63,448 nucleotides of DNA from Corallochytrium limacisporum Hawaii (Eukaryota > Protista > Pluriformea): assembly GCA_002811645.1 (NCBI GenBank), contig PDIP01000107.1, positions 1 through 63,448 on the forward strand. The letters are read 5' to 3'. Positions within the stretch are counted from its first letter, which is position 1; every line of letters starts with the position of its first letter. Positions 1-12,162 of the stretch are shown here, in pieces. The notes below the pieces were generated by a model, which was not told where the DNA came from, searched no databases, and saw nothing but the letters and a program-made list of their open reading frames with translations. The position numbers were made by a program, and so were the translations under genes.

Positions 1-3000
1 CCCCCCCCCAACCCCCCCCCCAGTTATATTTTGTTTTTCTTGCGCACCTTTCAAGTTTCTCTCGCTCACTCTCTCTCTCTCTCGCGTCGTAATCATTTTT
101 TACCAGAAAAGATTGAAACAAAATTGTCCAGGATGAATTTCGCTGTGTTTTGTAATCCCTGAGGCGGGGGAGGGGGGGGGCAAAAAGAGAGAGAGAGAGA
201 GGGTCCGGCTGGTAAAAGTAGGGGGGAACGAGAAAAAAAGTTGAATGGGCCAATAAAAATACCAGCCAAGCCAGTGAGGATATTGACCGTGTGCGCAAGA
301 TTGAAACTGGGGTTTTGGGGTCTTGAGATAGGTGCCCCCGTGATATCGCTCTTAATTATAATACTGAATAGCCTGATATTATTTTCGATCATTTCACATA
401 TACTACCCAATTATCACCCAACAGCATTGCTAATTAGTGCCCGTGCAGGGGCGAGGCTTGATGCGCATGGATGAAAAGGCACGAAGACTAAACGGGCCAA
501 AGGATGAAAATTTTTGGTGCAAAGGAGCAAAAAAAAGGGGGGAAGGGAGGAGGTGGTAACCGGGAAGACAGCATTTTTGCGACATTTGGGAAACCCGGCC
601 CCCCGAGTCCGTTGCTTTTGACTCCGTCCCTTTCCACCTTTTGCTACTTTTGTCCGTTCTTGTTCTTTTCTTTTTTTTTTTAGTTTGTTATTTTGGGGGG
701 TTGGGGGGTTTTTCGCCAATGCACGACTCTCTACCCCAATAGCTCACTCAGCCAGGCGAGCGAGCCAGTATTTTCTATTTCTTTTTTTTTGTTATCGGTG
801 TATTTGGTGTATTTAATTCTCCCGCCTTGGTTTCTCCCCTTTTTTTTGTTTTTCTTGTAAATTCTTTGGATTCTTTTTTGGTGCCCTTCTCCATTATTTC
901 CTTTTTCTCGGTCCGCTCCGGGGGGATGGAGTGAAATGTGTGCGGGCGCCCGTGGGGTTTGTAAAAGGGCTGTGTCTGCGCCCTTTTGACGCCATGAAAG
1001 GCCTTGCGCTTGTGTTCTGCTACTGCGTAAATTTCGTTACCTAAGAAAGTTTTTCTACCTCTTTTTGGTTCCCGACCCCCGAGCGAAAAGCGGGAGTTTT
1101 TGGGGGTAGCGAAGGAAGGAAGGAATTGTACTTTTCTTCACAAAAATTATGCTTCGCTGTGTATGGTTCCCTGTTCTATGGTTTTGCCTCTGCTTCAAGC
1201 CAATTTCAAATTTGGTCAAAGGATCGGTCGCGGGGGAGTGATATAGTGAATGCATTAAGCCATGCAAGTCCCTTGGAGAAGATCCGAGGGGCGGCGGAGG
1301 GAGGGCTACATTTCAAGAACACACTGGAAAGAAGAGGGATGCGGGGAGGTTGCAGACAGGCACACACACACACACCCACCCAACAGAGAGAGAGAGTGTG
1401 AGTGAGTGTGTGATATAGTTTTGTGGGGCTCGTGCACCTTTAATCACAGGGGCTTGCTGTGTGTTTAGAGGGGTAGATGTATGGACAATTCCTTTCCATA
1501 ATTTCTTGTCTTCACTTGGCTTGTTGCCTGCCATCCTTGTGAGGAGAAAAATATGCCTGCGTGCTAGAAAATGAAGGGCAAATTACACTCCATGCCACAG
1601 TCTTCTGATCGCAAAACAGACGAAAAAAAATCGTTTGGCCCATTGTGGACCCAGACACTGTGCGCGAGGACAATTTTAGCTGCAGCCGTTCTTTCTGCTG
1701 GCACCATCATTCATCGGCAGCGAAAGGATTTGCTAAGGAAGCAAGGGAGGACTCGAGTTTGGCCATACTTCGTAGTGATTGTACGGTATCTGGGTACATT
1801 TGTATGTCACATGCCTTCTCCAGCGTCACGAAATCGCGGAGTGGAGGCGGAGGAGGCGCAGGGGGGTTTCGGTGTCGTCTGCTGCTTTTTTTTCTCAACT
1901 ATTTTTTTTGCAGCTCCTCGCTTGGGGTCATAGTTTTTCTTCGGATGAAAATGGTTGATTTCCCAGCAGCGCCGCCGCCGCCGATGTCTCTGTGTGCTGC
2001 GGTTTTGGAGTTTTCTCCTTAAACCAGCAGGCTCTGTTTCCTCCCGCCTTTTGATTCCCTTAATCCGTGTGTGCCTGGCCCTCCGTTGCTCGGTTCGATT
2101 TCTTTCCACCTGCGTGGGGTTTTCCTTTTTTCCTTCCCAATATAAACTCTTCCTTGATTATTTGTCCCGTATGCTTGCAAGTGAGGATGTTGGTTTTACG
2201 TGCCATGTGGCAAAGCGTGAACGTGTGCACCTCTCTCTGTCTCTCTGTGATTGCTACGCAGCTAAACCTCCAACCCGCCGCCAGGAGAATCCTTTGCGGA
2301 CAGCCACCGCCAAAAATAACGAAGTAAATGAGCTGGCAATCGCACATCGCGGCTCTGTGTGTGTGTGTGTGTGCGGGCTCTGTGCTGCGGAGGTGGAGAA
2401 ATCGCAGCAGCAGCAGCAGCAGCGGCACGAGTCTTCTGCGTTCCGGCTCCTCCTCCCCCCACAGAAAACAATACACGAGGACACGTAAGCCTTGTGAGCT
2501 TCTTACGGACAACCGCGTTCCTTCTCCAGTAATAAATGTACGGTGTAATGTGGGCACGAGCGGCTCAGCCGGACGGCAGCAGCGATTAAAATTCACTGCC
2601 GACGTACATACCGGAATGGCGAAAAATGAAACCCGCAGTGCCACCGCCAGGAAATGAAGAAAATTAACCAACAAAAAACCATACCCAAAACTAGAACTGG
2701 GAGGGGGAGGGGCCACCGCCGTCTCCCGGAACTCGCGATCGGTTTGGGTTTTTTTTTTGCGTTACGCAAGGGAGAACCCCGGGGTGGGGGGAGAGAGAGG
2801 AGGGACAGGAAAAGAAGAGAACTAACACGCACGCATATGGGCTTCACCCTTCCCTGTTTCATTTCCTTCCTAAGCGGTAAGGCTTTTTCCAGTATTTTCA
2901 TTATGCAACAGGGGCGTTATTTTGTCCACCTGCGCATCGGTGATGGGTTTCGTTCTTGATCTCTGCCCCCTCCTCCTCCTCCGGGACGCGCGATGGGAGG

Positions 3001-5626
3001 GGAGGGGGAGACCTAAGTGGGGGTTTCTGGTTCCACAGCGACGGGAAAAAAATGGCAGGGGTGCGCGTTCAGGAGCAAGGAAAGCCCAAAAAAAAACAAA
3101 GAAAAGAGGGAGGGGCTGGGGGAGGCAGGAAGAGCAGGAACGAAAAGAGACGAAGAGAAAAATATGAGAAAACACCTTCAGGAGCGCGCCCCGATCCCTA
3201 AGCCGCAGCGCACTATGTACACGCACCTAACATTGTCCTCGTTCACGTCAACGGACCCGCACACAGACAGAAGCTTTTACCAGCCGGTGGCAAAAACTTT
3301 GCGAAACCCCGTTTGCTGCCTTCCGCCAAATACCCCCCCCCCAAAAAAAAACCAATCACCAAGAATTCCTTAAAAAATGTAAGAAAAAATATCGGGGTGT
3401 TGTGTGGGTGTTGGAGTTGATGATGTCGAAGAAGTAGAAAACAAAAACAGAAAACAAAACACGAAGCGAAACTCACATCTTCCCCACTGCGCAACGTAAA
3501 CGTAGCGAGAGTGATATTATCTACACACCTCCCGGAAGAAGTGCGTAGCTGGTTTCCTGCCTTTTTTATATTGAAACAACGTGCTCGTCATCGCTATACC
3601 TTCCTTTTTATTTCATTTTTGTATGCATTCATTCCTTCCTTCCTTCCTTTTCCGTCATGGTTCTCCTCGAGGCGAGTTGGTTGGGACTCTCTCTTTCTTT
3701 TTTTTTTTCTCTTTCCTTAAGCCCACCCTTCTTCCTCCTCCTTTTCATAACTCTTGCTCCGTACCTTCTTTCTTCCTTTCCGTTGTGCGTGCAGTTTGTA
3801 TGGCAGGGGGGGGAGCGAGAGGAGGGAGTAGGTCTGAATTTTCTTCATTTTTGACACCCAATCGGTTCCTACCTTGGACCCCAGACTGATCCATCCTGGC
3901 TACCATCGGTTGGATATTTCCATATATTGACTACTTGCTGTGTCAGTGGTGCTATTGTACCTCGCACCGATTTGTTTGTATTCTGGTATCGTCGGGTGAT
4001 TTGTATTTTGTCCTGATTTATGGGTTTCTGGAATGCCACAATCTAAACTATGTGGTACCTCACCGCCGCTTTCGTATTTACCAGGAGACCATCGCCATTT
4101 TGGACCCGGGCACCCAGCGGTGGAGACTCAGAAAGGTACCCGGAGTTGGGGGAGGGAGAGGGTTGCAATATTTTTGTACCCGCTTTGGCCTTTTTTTGTC
4201 TTGCATTCTTGGCCGTTGCCCTTATTTCCCCTCCTTTTTTTTTTCTTTGTTGATTTTCTGTTCCTTTTCATTTTTTTTCTTGCTTTCTCTTTTGTCTTTA
4301 AAAACGATAGGGTCTCACTCTCCCAAAAGTTCTTCCTCGGCTGCTTTGGGTAGGCAGGACAGTCGTATGTGTGTGTGTGTGTGTGCGTGCGGGGGAGGGC
4401 GGGGGCCGAACGACCCCACTCTTCGCCTCGGTTGAGTGGGGGTGGTCTACAATTTTTGTCCGAGTTTTGCCTTAATGCGGTGCCCCGCACTGCTGGCACT
4501 ACGTAGTTTGTCGTAGTACACCGGGGTGTGTGCGTGTGTGCGCTGGAGAGACCCAGCCCAGCCTTTTCGGAAGCAAAAGGGGCGGTGTTTAACCTTTTCC
4601 AGCAGATCAGCAGCCAAAGCAAATAGCCCGTCCACGAGAGCCCTCCTTCCCTCCCCCGGCCCGCCCCGGAGAAGGAGGGGACGGGTGGGTTCTCACAACG
4701 GTGTAAGGCCCGCTAACATTGGGTACATTTACTATCGCTCTGTGTTCTGTGCCCCAGCCATGAGAATTCAGAGTTGTGACCGAATTCCTAAAATACACTT
4801 TTTAATTTTCGTGAGTGTCCCCTGTGTCCTCACATTTTTTTTTGCTAATACTCGATGGAAAGATTTCAGTGGTATAGATTTTACAGGGTCTTAGTTTTCC
4901 AAAAAATACATTGGAAAGCCAGAGTCCGGAAAGAAATATGTCTAAAGGAAAAAGAGGAAATTGTGTGTTCGCTGCACATGCCAAGTACGTCCCGGACCCT
5001 TTTGGTCAGGAGTCCAAAGCTCTTTTTGTCATTCTTCGTCGCCTCCTCGCGGAATGTGTGTGGGTGTGTATGACACCGGTCGAGGGGCGCAGTTGTATAG
5101 TAAAACAGTAGAACTGAAAACTTAAAATTTTGTAATTGACAAAAGAAACCCACTGCCCTTCGTTCCTCTTTCTAAACTTTTTGACGGAGGACAGGTTGCG
5201 TGCGTAGTAGAGACTGGAGTGGTGGGACCCGGTTAGGACGGTGGTATGGTTTTTTGCTAGCATACATGTCATTAGGATGCAGGGGTGGTTGTGAAGATAC
5301 CAGGGGGCTGACATGCTTCTTCATCGGGTACATTGTGCATAGCCGAGACGATCAAACGAGGATCCAGGAGGATGTATGATGCTGGTAGACCAGGAAAGGG
5401 TGATCGCAACAAACCAGCTGCGCGTACGAACTGGCAGGTACCGTCGGGCAGCGACGAAAGAGAGAGAGACAGACGAAGGGGAAAAAAAAAAGGGAGACTG
5501 GGGATAAAGAAAATGAGAGAGAGACTGAGAGAGAGAGACTGAGAGAGAGAGAGGCTCTGGGGACAGAAACTGGGACTAGGGAGACTGCGACAGAGGGCAG
5601 GGGGAAGGAAAAAAAGGAGGGGAGGG

Positions 5627-5814
5627 NNNNNNNNNNNNNNNNNNNNNNNNNNNNNNNNNNNNNNNNNNNNNNNNNNNNNNNNNNNNNNNNNNNNNNNNNN
5701 NNNNNNNNNNNNNNNNNNNNNNNNNNNNNNNNNNNNNNNNNNNNNNNNNNNNNNNNNNNNNNNNNNNNNNNNNNNNNNNNNNNNNNNNNNNNNNNNNNNN
5801 NNNNNNNNNNNNNN
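5627..5814. other. Assembly gap (N run) in a G/A-rich tract
   Basis: N run. Other gaps at 7289-7325, 39004-39246 and 60609-60906 lie in or close to G- or C-run sequence. Confidence 0.99.
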
Positions 5815-6328
5815 GGAAAGGGGAGAAGGGGGAAAAGGGAGAGGGAGAGGGGGGAAGGGGGGGGGCTAAAGAGAAAACGCAGAGGGAAACCGAGAGAACC
5901 AAGGGAGGAAATGGTGGTGCGCAAAATGATATGAACCCACCAAAGCCAGCCGTTCTGGTCATTCGTATTTACAAATAAGAGCGAGCAATAGATGCGAGTA
6001 TTACTTTATAGGCCAGCGGTTTGAATTGTGTGTTTTATTTTTGAAAGTTAAGCAGGCGTACACGGAGAGATGTGTACTTATTTGTCTGGGTCCCCTTTTT
6101 GTTTGTGGGTTGAGAGGTGGTATTTAGGACGGAGTGATGTGGTAGCAAATTGAAATCAAAACAAACAGAACTCATCAAGTTAGGCATTCCACACTTAATT
6201 ACCAGTAGGTATTTATTGCGAAGAAACACCAGACAATTAGAACGGGATCGGAATAGACCATACGCGACAAAGTGAACGGGAACCGATCACAGACACACAC
6301 GGACACACTCACACACCCCTAGCAAACT

Positions 6329-6874
6329 ATGTCGCCAGACCTCAAGATCAACATCAACAGGAGGACCGTCAAGAAAAGCGTGTCTTTCGCCGATGAATGC
6401 AGCACCCGCCGCAGTACACAGTCCCTAGGAACCCCCCGCAGCGTCTTCGATATCTTTGACGTGACTGAAGATCAGTATCTGCGTAAGCTAGACGCCATCC
6501 CCAAGGCCCAGAAGAGTGCGATCAAGGCCCCGCAGCGCCGCTTCTCAGTGGCCACCGTAGAATCTCTGCCTGCGACTGAGCCCAAGGCTCCCACCAACAT
6601 CTCAACGCGGGTCGTTCGGGGCCGTTCCGGACGCCGCTTCACCGTCCACACAGTTTCAGGTCCCCTGTGCCATCACACCGCTCCTCTTGCAGGCAAGGCG
6701 AGCAATAGCACCAGCACTGGCGGCAACGAGAGCATGGCCTCAAGTGGCTTCAATTCTAGCTATGAGTCTCTGCCTTCTCTCGGCGCCTCTGATCGCTCTG
6801 AATCCGAACCGGAGATGAGCTTTGGCGAGGATGCCATGCTGCACAGCTACATGAAGACCAGCATTACCTGCTGA
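6329..6874 (+). CDS. Small Ser/Thr-rich disordered protein with a PP1-docking RVxF motif and two RFxV motifs
   Basis: 181-aa ORF, ATG in actATG context, coding-like composition against low-complexity flanks. Motifs: KKSVSF (aa 15-20), KSAIK (62-66), RRFSV (70-74), RRFTV (102-106). No globular domain recognised. Confidence 0.75.
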   Translation: MSPDLKININRRTVKKSVSFADECSTRRSTQSLGTPRSVFDIFDVTEDQYLRKLDAIPKAQKSAIKAPQRRFSVATVESLPATEPKAPTNISTRVVRGRSGRRFTVHTVSGPLCHHTAPLAGKASNSTSTGGNESMASSGFNSSYESLPSLGASDRSESEPEMSFGEDAMLHSYMKTSITC

Positions 6875-7236
6875 AGCTCCTCCTGAAAGCTTTTCCAAGC
6901 CTATCCGTCGTTCAACATCATCACACATCATGTTCCATCATCCATAGCATCATCATCCATTCTCCTTTTAAAGTTCACACCTTTTATCAACTGGTGATCA
7001 TGGCAAGCCATGCTCCTCTGTCATCATGGATGGGTGGGTGGTCATCAAAGCCACACTGCCACGATCTGTCTGCGAGACATTACACAAAAAGCATACCCAG
7101 GGAGTCTACCCCTCCGGGGGCGGCTCTCCCTCCTTCCTCCAAAAATCGCCATTATTCAACGGTTTTAAACTTTAAGATTTTTCCCCAGTTTAATTCCTCT
7201 TTTCACCCTTTCCTTTTTTGTATATAGACATATTCT

Positions 7237-7376
7237 CAAACTGATAGCCAGCCCAGCCCCCCACCCCCCTACCCCCCAAAAAAATGAANNNNNNNNNNNN
7301 NNNNNNNNNNNNNNNNNNNNNNNNNCAAACTGATAGCCAGCCCAGCCCCCCCCCCCTACCCCCCAAAAAAATGAAA
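7237..7376. other. Near-identical ~50-nt sequence on both sides of an N gap (probably overlapping contig ends)
   Basis: caaactgatagccagcccagcccc...tacccccaaaaaaatgaa at 7237-7288 and again from 7326. Confidence 0.8.
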
Positions 7377-7700
7377 AAAAAATGGAGAAAAATGAACTCA
7401 TTTTCTTTTGTTGTTGTATCAAATATAATACAAACATTTGACAAAATTTAATACACTTGAAGAAGGGCACAGGTTCTTTCCGTACGTCTCCCTGCCCTAA
7501 ATCCTATCCTCTCTCCGCCCCCCCCCCTTACCTCCCCTCCCCCTTTCCTTCTGTAAACCGGACACGGGCCCAAGAAAGTTTTTCAAAAGAAAACGAAAGG
7601 GAGGGAGGAGGGAATTTTCGCTTTGGGAAGGGAAGGGGGGCGGGGGCCCAGTTTATTTTTCTTGTCCTTTTTTGCTCGTAATTTCGCTAACTACAAGGGT

Positions 7701-8153
7701 TCAGTTCTTTGGCAGGGGTGCCCTCCGGTCCCGGTCCAAGAGCCGCCCGAACGTGGAATTGTACGGATGCACCAGCTTCGCCTGGTTCCCGTCCCCACCG
7801 ACCATCGGCCTGGATTCGTTGGCCCATTTGAAGATGGATCCCTCCAGATTCCTGACGTTGTCGTAGCCGAGTTGGTGCATCCGCTGAGCCATGATACACG
7901 ACCGATATCCAACGCTGCAGTAGACCAGGACGGGATCGTTCTTGTTTACACCCAAGTCGTCCAACCTCTTTGTCAGATCATCTCCCTCGAGCTCGGGCAG
8001 CACCTGAACAGCAGTAGGAATCTTGCTCACCGCGTACTCCTCGTCTGGCCGGATGTCTAGAATGTGTTTATAGTTCTTATGAATATCTTCATCTGTCTGC
8101 GCCTGCTCGACATCCGAAAATTTCTGTCGTATGGCCCAGGTGGTGATGTTCAT
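7701..8153 (-). CDS. Single-domain rhodanese (sulfurtransferase) protein
   Basis: ILDIRPDEEY..SKIPTA, active-site loop VYCSVGYRS, GYDNVRNLEGSIFKW, C-terminal VHPYN..FGRLL. Confidence 0.9.
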   Translation of the reverse strand: MNITTWAIRQKFSDVEQAQTDEDIHKNYKHILDIRPDEEYAVSKIPTAVQVLPELEGDDLTKRLDDLGVNKNDPVLVYCSVGYRSCIMAQRMHQLGYDNVRNLEGSIFKWANESRPMVGGDGNQAKLVHPYNSTFGRLLDRDRRAPLPKN

Positions 8154-8408
8154 GACATGTGTGTAAGTGCCGTTCCGAAAGTTTAACCTATTGGAGTTCC
8201 CTTCCTCAACTTGATTTGGCTAACGCGTGTGATGTCGGATGAACAGAAAGACCGTTTTAATCCTTCTACCATGGTGGAAGGTCAGAAACGGACGTCGGAG
8301 AGCTCTATCACTGGACCAGTGTGGCCTTCTTATTTGAACTAGGTTGCCGGGGGGTGTCTCCGGGAATGGCCCAAGGCCGCGGGTTGAGAATGGGAGAAAA
8401 GGGCAAAG

Positions 8409-8425
8409 CCCCCCGGGGGGGGGGG
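8409..8425. promoter_or_regulatory. C6G11 block upstream of the rhodanese gene
   Basis: Seen directly, ~255 bp upstream of the ATG at 8153; a second imperfect block lies at 8690-8712. Confidence 0.4.
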
Positions 8426-8742
8426 TTAGAGAAGGGAAGGGGAGGATGGGGTGTTTGGGTTTGTGATCCGTGGACTGAGAATTCCAGAGGAGTAATTGGG
8501 AAAGAAGTGGGCAGCAGCATCGGGTCTTTTGGGAAAGGGAAAAGGGGGTGGGGGTGGGGTAGGTGACGCAACGTAAAAGCGAATCCCCTCTTAATTTCAT
8601 TTGGTTCGGTACAGTACTAAAAAAATAAGTCTTCATTAAAAAAGCAATCCCCCACGATGTTTTGCGGCTCGAAACGGGCGTAAACCGAGCCCCCGCCCCC
8701 GGGGGAGGGGGGTGCATCTTGCGCAGGGTTGGTGTTTCAATT

Positions 8743-11700
8743 TCAGAACTCAGTAACACGCACTTCCTTGGGCTTCTCCACCTCAACAGACGAAGCCTTA
8801 TCTAGCGCAGAGCCATTGCCACCGTTGCCATTGGCTGATGGCTCTTCGTTCTCCTTGCCATCAGTTCCGTCAGAGTCTTCGTTGTCTTTGGTGGCAGAGG
8901 TCTTAGGTCCCTTACGCTTACTGCCATCGTTGCTGCTAGCATCACCACTGGTGGGCGCCGTCGCAGCGGCCATGCCACCCAAGTTCTCCGGCAGGAATAC
9001 ACCAATCGGCACTGGCACACCAGGCGCCATACTGCCATAGTCCTCGTCTCCTCGCACACGGTTCATGCGATCGCGTGCGCTTTGATTGCCGGCATAGGCC
9101 CGGGTCATGACGCCGTCCACGTCTTGGCCCAACTCGCCATCAAAGTTGCGTTGGTTGCCACTGAGATTGCGACCACCACTGCCAAAGGTCTGACGGTTGA
9201 AAAGGAGTTTCTTGCTCTGGCCAAAGCGCATGGCACTGGGACGTAGGTTGCTCAGTGGTCCCTCAACCAACAGCTCGTGTTCCTGGAAATGTACCAGCAG
9301 ATTGTTCCACAGTGGCTGCTTGCAGAGCACCTTCGGGTTGCCCACAACGATAAGTCCGTATTTGGCGCGGGTCAGGGCCACGTTCAGACGGCGCGGATCG
9401 CTGAGGAAACCGATTCCTTGATGTTCGTTGGAACGTGTGCACGAGAGAATGATAAAGTCCTTCTCGCGTCCCTGGAAAGCGTCTACGCTTGCCACCTCCA
9501 TGCCAGAGTACATTTCGGCACGGAATGCACCATTGTACTGCAGATGGCTGACCAGGAAAGCGCGCTGACCTTCGTAAGGAGTGATGATACCGATCTGTTG
9601 CGGATTGACTCCACTGCGGAGCAGACGAGTGACCATCTTCTCTACCATGCCAGCTTCGGTCCGGTTCAAATAGGACGTGCCGCTGGATGCAATCTCCTCC
9701 TGGCCAGTGGAACACTGGAAGAACATGGGTTTGTCAGGCTGCGGCCAAGGGAAGTCCAGGGCCTTCATGGTGCGCTCTAGGGACGTGACACCGTTCTGCA
9801 GACTTCCCTCGTAGAAGGTGTTGGATGGGAACTCAGACAGACTCGGGTGCATGCGGTACTGCACCTCCAAGCGAATTGGGTGGATACCCTGCAGAACCAA
9901 GCGTTCGAATAGCGACTGACTCAGACCAGCCTTCTGTGCCTTCTTGCAGATGACCACGGGACACAGCTGGCAGTGGTCACCCACGAGGATCAGTTGCTTG
10001 GTGCCGTTCACGACGGGGATCATCACCTCAGGTTCGGTGGCCTGAGTTATCTCATCAATGAGCACCTTCTTGAACTTGAATCCCTGCAGACGCGGATCGC
10101 CAGCTCCCACACACGTCGTGCAAACCACATCTGCCGCCTTGATCAATTCCCTCTCGCAGGTCCTCTTGAGCATCTTGTAACGCTTCTCGTCGCTCGCACT
10201 AAGTTCGCCCTGTTCAGTCTTCAGTTGGCTCAGCTTTTGCAGTTCCGGAAAGATACCCGCACCCTGGACCTGATTGTGTAGGGCGAGGAAACTGACACTG
10301 CTGTCGATGGCCTCCCGGCTCTTGGCGCAGATGCGTACCACCTTCAAACCGGCCATATGGATCCGCTCAGTGAGATGGTCTACGGCAATGTTGGAGGGTG
10401 CACACACCAGGACCTGACCGCTGATGGATGAGTGTTTCACCAGGTGGTATACAATGGTTGCCGAAGTCACAGTCTTACCCGTACCCGGAGGACCCTGAAT
10501 CAGAGACAGAGGGCGCTGCAGTACTGCCTTGACGGCATTAACCTGCGAGTGGTTGAGTTCGGGTAGTCCCGGAGCTGAAAACCGGCCATTAACGCTGTGC
10601 GGAATCAGGGTCGGCTCCGTTTTGTGCCCCAATAGCGCGTGGTAGAGGTAAGCACTGACGGAATGCTCATTGATGGCAAAGGTCTTCAGAGCCTGTTGCA
10701 TTCGATCATAGCTCGTACTCTTCCACACAAAGTCCACCTCAAAGTTTGTCGTGGCATCCACGGGGACATCCTTGGTCTTTCCGCGCAGTTCGAGACCGAT
10801 GACTTCGCCGTTCGCTCCGCTCGGGCCGACGCGGCTGACTAGACCGGTACCAGACCACGGCTTTCGGCCATGCTCGCCCTTGTACTGCAGACGCAATTCG
10901 TCTCCGGGAATAACCTTAATGGCATCCTCCCGCATGGGAAGCGTGAAATAAGCAATACGCCGCTGGTTAAGACCCATCTCCCAGCGCACTGTGATGTTCT
11001 GCTGCGTCTGGCTCTCCTTCAACTTGCGATCAAATTCCGCCTCGAGCTTCACCAATCGTCCAAAAATGTTCTGGTACTGGTATGCATCCTCATACTCGGC
11101 TAGCACTCCGGCCATGTCGTCCTCTTCGTCATTCTCGTGCTCCACGTCGGCAACACTGGCCTCGGGCTGTTCTTTCCACATGTCTTCGAGCCGGCTTATC
11201 TGGGCAGCAGTGATCGGACGCGCCCGCATCTCCTCCTGGTCTGACGGTGGTCTTACCAACCAGTTCAGAAAGCATCGATCACTGATAAGCGGTTGCCAGA
11301 GCGAAGAGTCCCAGTTCTCATTCTGATTCTCCTCCTCTCCGACGCTACCTGCACACGGCTGACGGCACAACAGCACGACCACACTGTCCTGCTTGGCCGG
11401 AATGAAACCTAGCAAAAAGACATTCGTACTGCCACAGTTGTAGCACTCGAGCACCGCATCACCCAACGGACTCTCGTCGTGTAGCTGCACCTCACGGTGG
11501 CGTGCTCGCACCATGTGGGTGACAATATGACTGCCGCTGGTGTGGCCGCGTCCGTTGCAGAACCATTTGTCGCAGGTATTGCACCGTGCCACACTGGCCG
11601 GGTTGTGGATACCGCAGTACGTGCAGGCGTACGGGGGCAGCGTGCCCTTGTCGTAGGTGAAATCTGCGGCTGCTGCCTGGTCCTCGTCCCCAACAGTTGG

Positions 11701-12162
11701 AGTTTCCAGGGTGGCTGCAACATTGGTGGTTGACGACGATGAGGGCGCTGTCCTTGCACTGGCCGAAGAGGAACTCTCCTTGCCGGACATTTGCTCCTTC
11801 TTTTGCTGTTGGTCTTTGCGCTGCCGAACTTCGTTGTCCTTGACCTTGGATTCTGATACTGGCTCTGGTTGTTCGGGATATGATTCATCGTTCTCTTCTT
11901 TCTCGCCCTCGAGATCCTTCTGGGCACGGTCCTGATACTGTCGGCCTACATGAGGCACCATAGAAGGGTCCTCCTCCTCGTAATTCTGACCGTACTCTCT
12001 TGACTCTATCAGGTCTTCGTCATACTTTCCATACGAGTTCCCTAATTTGCTCATTTCCTCGGGGCCAGGCCCAAGGCCCAGTTCAGTGGCCAAACGCGCA
12101 CCGAGGCGACCGACAGCATCACGCTCCTCATCGTCGTCGTGCGTCATGTTTGCAGACGACAT
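8743..12162 (-). CDS. UPF1: Regulator of nonsense transcripts 1 (NMD SF1 RNA helicase)
   Basis: CH zinc domain ([34 protein letters not shown]), Walker [56 protein letters not shown]. Confidence 0.98.
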   Translation of the reverse strand: MSSANMTHDDDEERDAVGRLGARLATELGLGPGPEEMSKLGNSYGKYDEDLIESREYGQNYEEEDPSMVPHVGRQYQDRAQKDLEGEKEENDESYPEQPEPVSESKVKDNEVRQRKDQQQKKEQMSGKESSSSASARTAPSSSSTTNVAATLETPTVGDEDQAAAADFTYDKGTLPPYACTYCGIHNPASVARCNTCDKWFCNGRGHTSGSHIVTHMVRARHREVQLHDESPLGDAVLECYNCGSTNVFLLGFIPAKQDSVVVLLCRQPCAGSVGEEENQNENWDSSLWQPLISDRCFLNWLVRPPSDQEEMRARPITAAQISRLEDMWKEQPEASVADVEHENDEEDDMAGVLAEYEDAYQYQNIFGRLVKLEAEFDRKLKESQTQQNITVRWEMGLNQRRIAYFTLPMREDAIKVIPGDELRLQYKGEHGRKPWSGTGLVSRVGPSGANGEVIGLELRGKTKDVPVDATTNFEVDFVWKSTSYDRMQQALKTFAINEHSVSAYLYHALLGHKTEPTLIPHSVNGRFSAPGLPELNHSQVNAVKAVLQRPLSLIQGPPGTGKTVTSATIVYHLVKHSSISGQVLVCAPSNIAVDHLTERIHMAGLKVVRICAKSREAIDSSVSFLALHNQVQGAGIFPELQKLSQLKTEQGELSASDEKRYKMLKRTCERELIKAADVVCTTCVGAGDPRLQGFKFKKVLIDEITQATEPEVMIPVVNGTKQLILVGDHCQLCPVVICKKAQKAGLSQSLFERLVLQGIHPIRLEVQYRMHPSLSEFPSNTFYEGSLQNGVTSLERTMKALDFPWPQPDKPMFFQCSTGQEEIASSGTSYLNRTEAGMVEKMVTRLLRSGVNPQQIGIITPYEGQRAFLVSHLQYNGAFRAEMYSGMEVASVDAFQGREKDFIILSCTRSNEHQGIGFLSDPRRLNVALTRAKYGLIVVGNPKVLCKQPLWNNLLVHFQEHELLVEGPLSNLRPSAMRFGQSKKLLFNRQTFGSGGRNLSGNQRNFDGELGQDVDGVMTRAYAGNQSARDRMNRVRGDEDYGSMAPGVPVPIGVFLPENLGGMAAATAPTSGDASSNDGSKRKGPKTSATKDNEDSDGTDGKENEEPSANGNGGNGSALDKASSVEVEKPKEVRVTEF

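Noticed and set aside
1-21. C-rich window ends (also 63432-63448) as telomeric repeats
   Set aside because: No periodic unit; consistent with assembly breaks at C-runs like those at the internal gaps.
93-6229. Many 60-220 aa ORFs in the first 6 kb, and similar ones at 33-35, 38.6-40.1, 43.2-45.6 and 58-62.6 kb
   Set aside because: Low-complexity F/K/P/G/R translations of microsatellites and homopolymers, mostly with non-ATG starts or spanning N gaps.
7237-7376. Direct repeat suggesting a mobile-element target duplication or LTR
   Set aside because: The two copies flank an N gap exactly; most simply an unmerged contig overlap.
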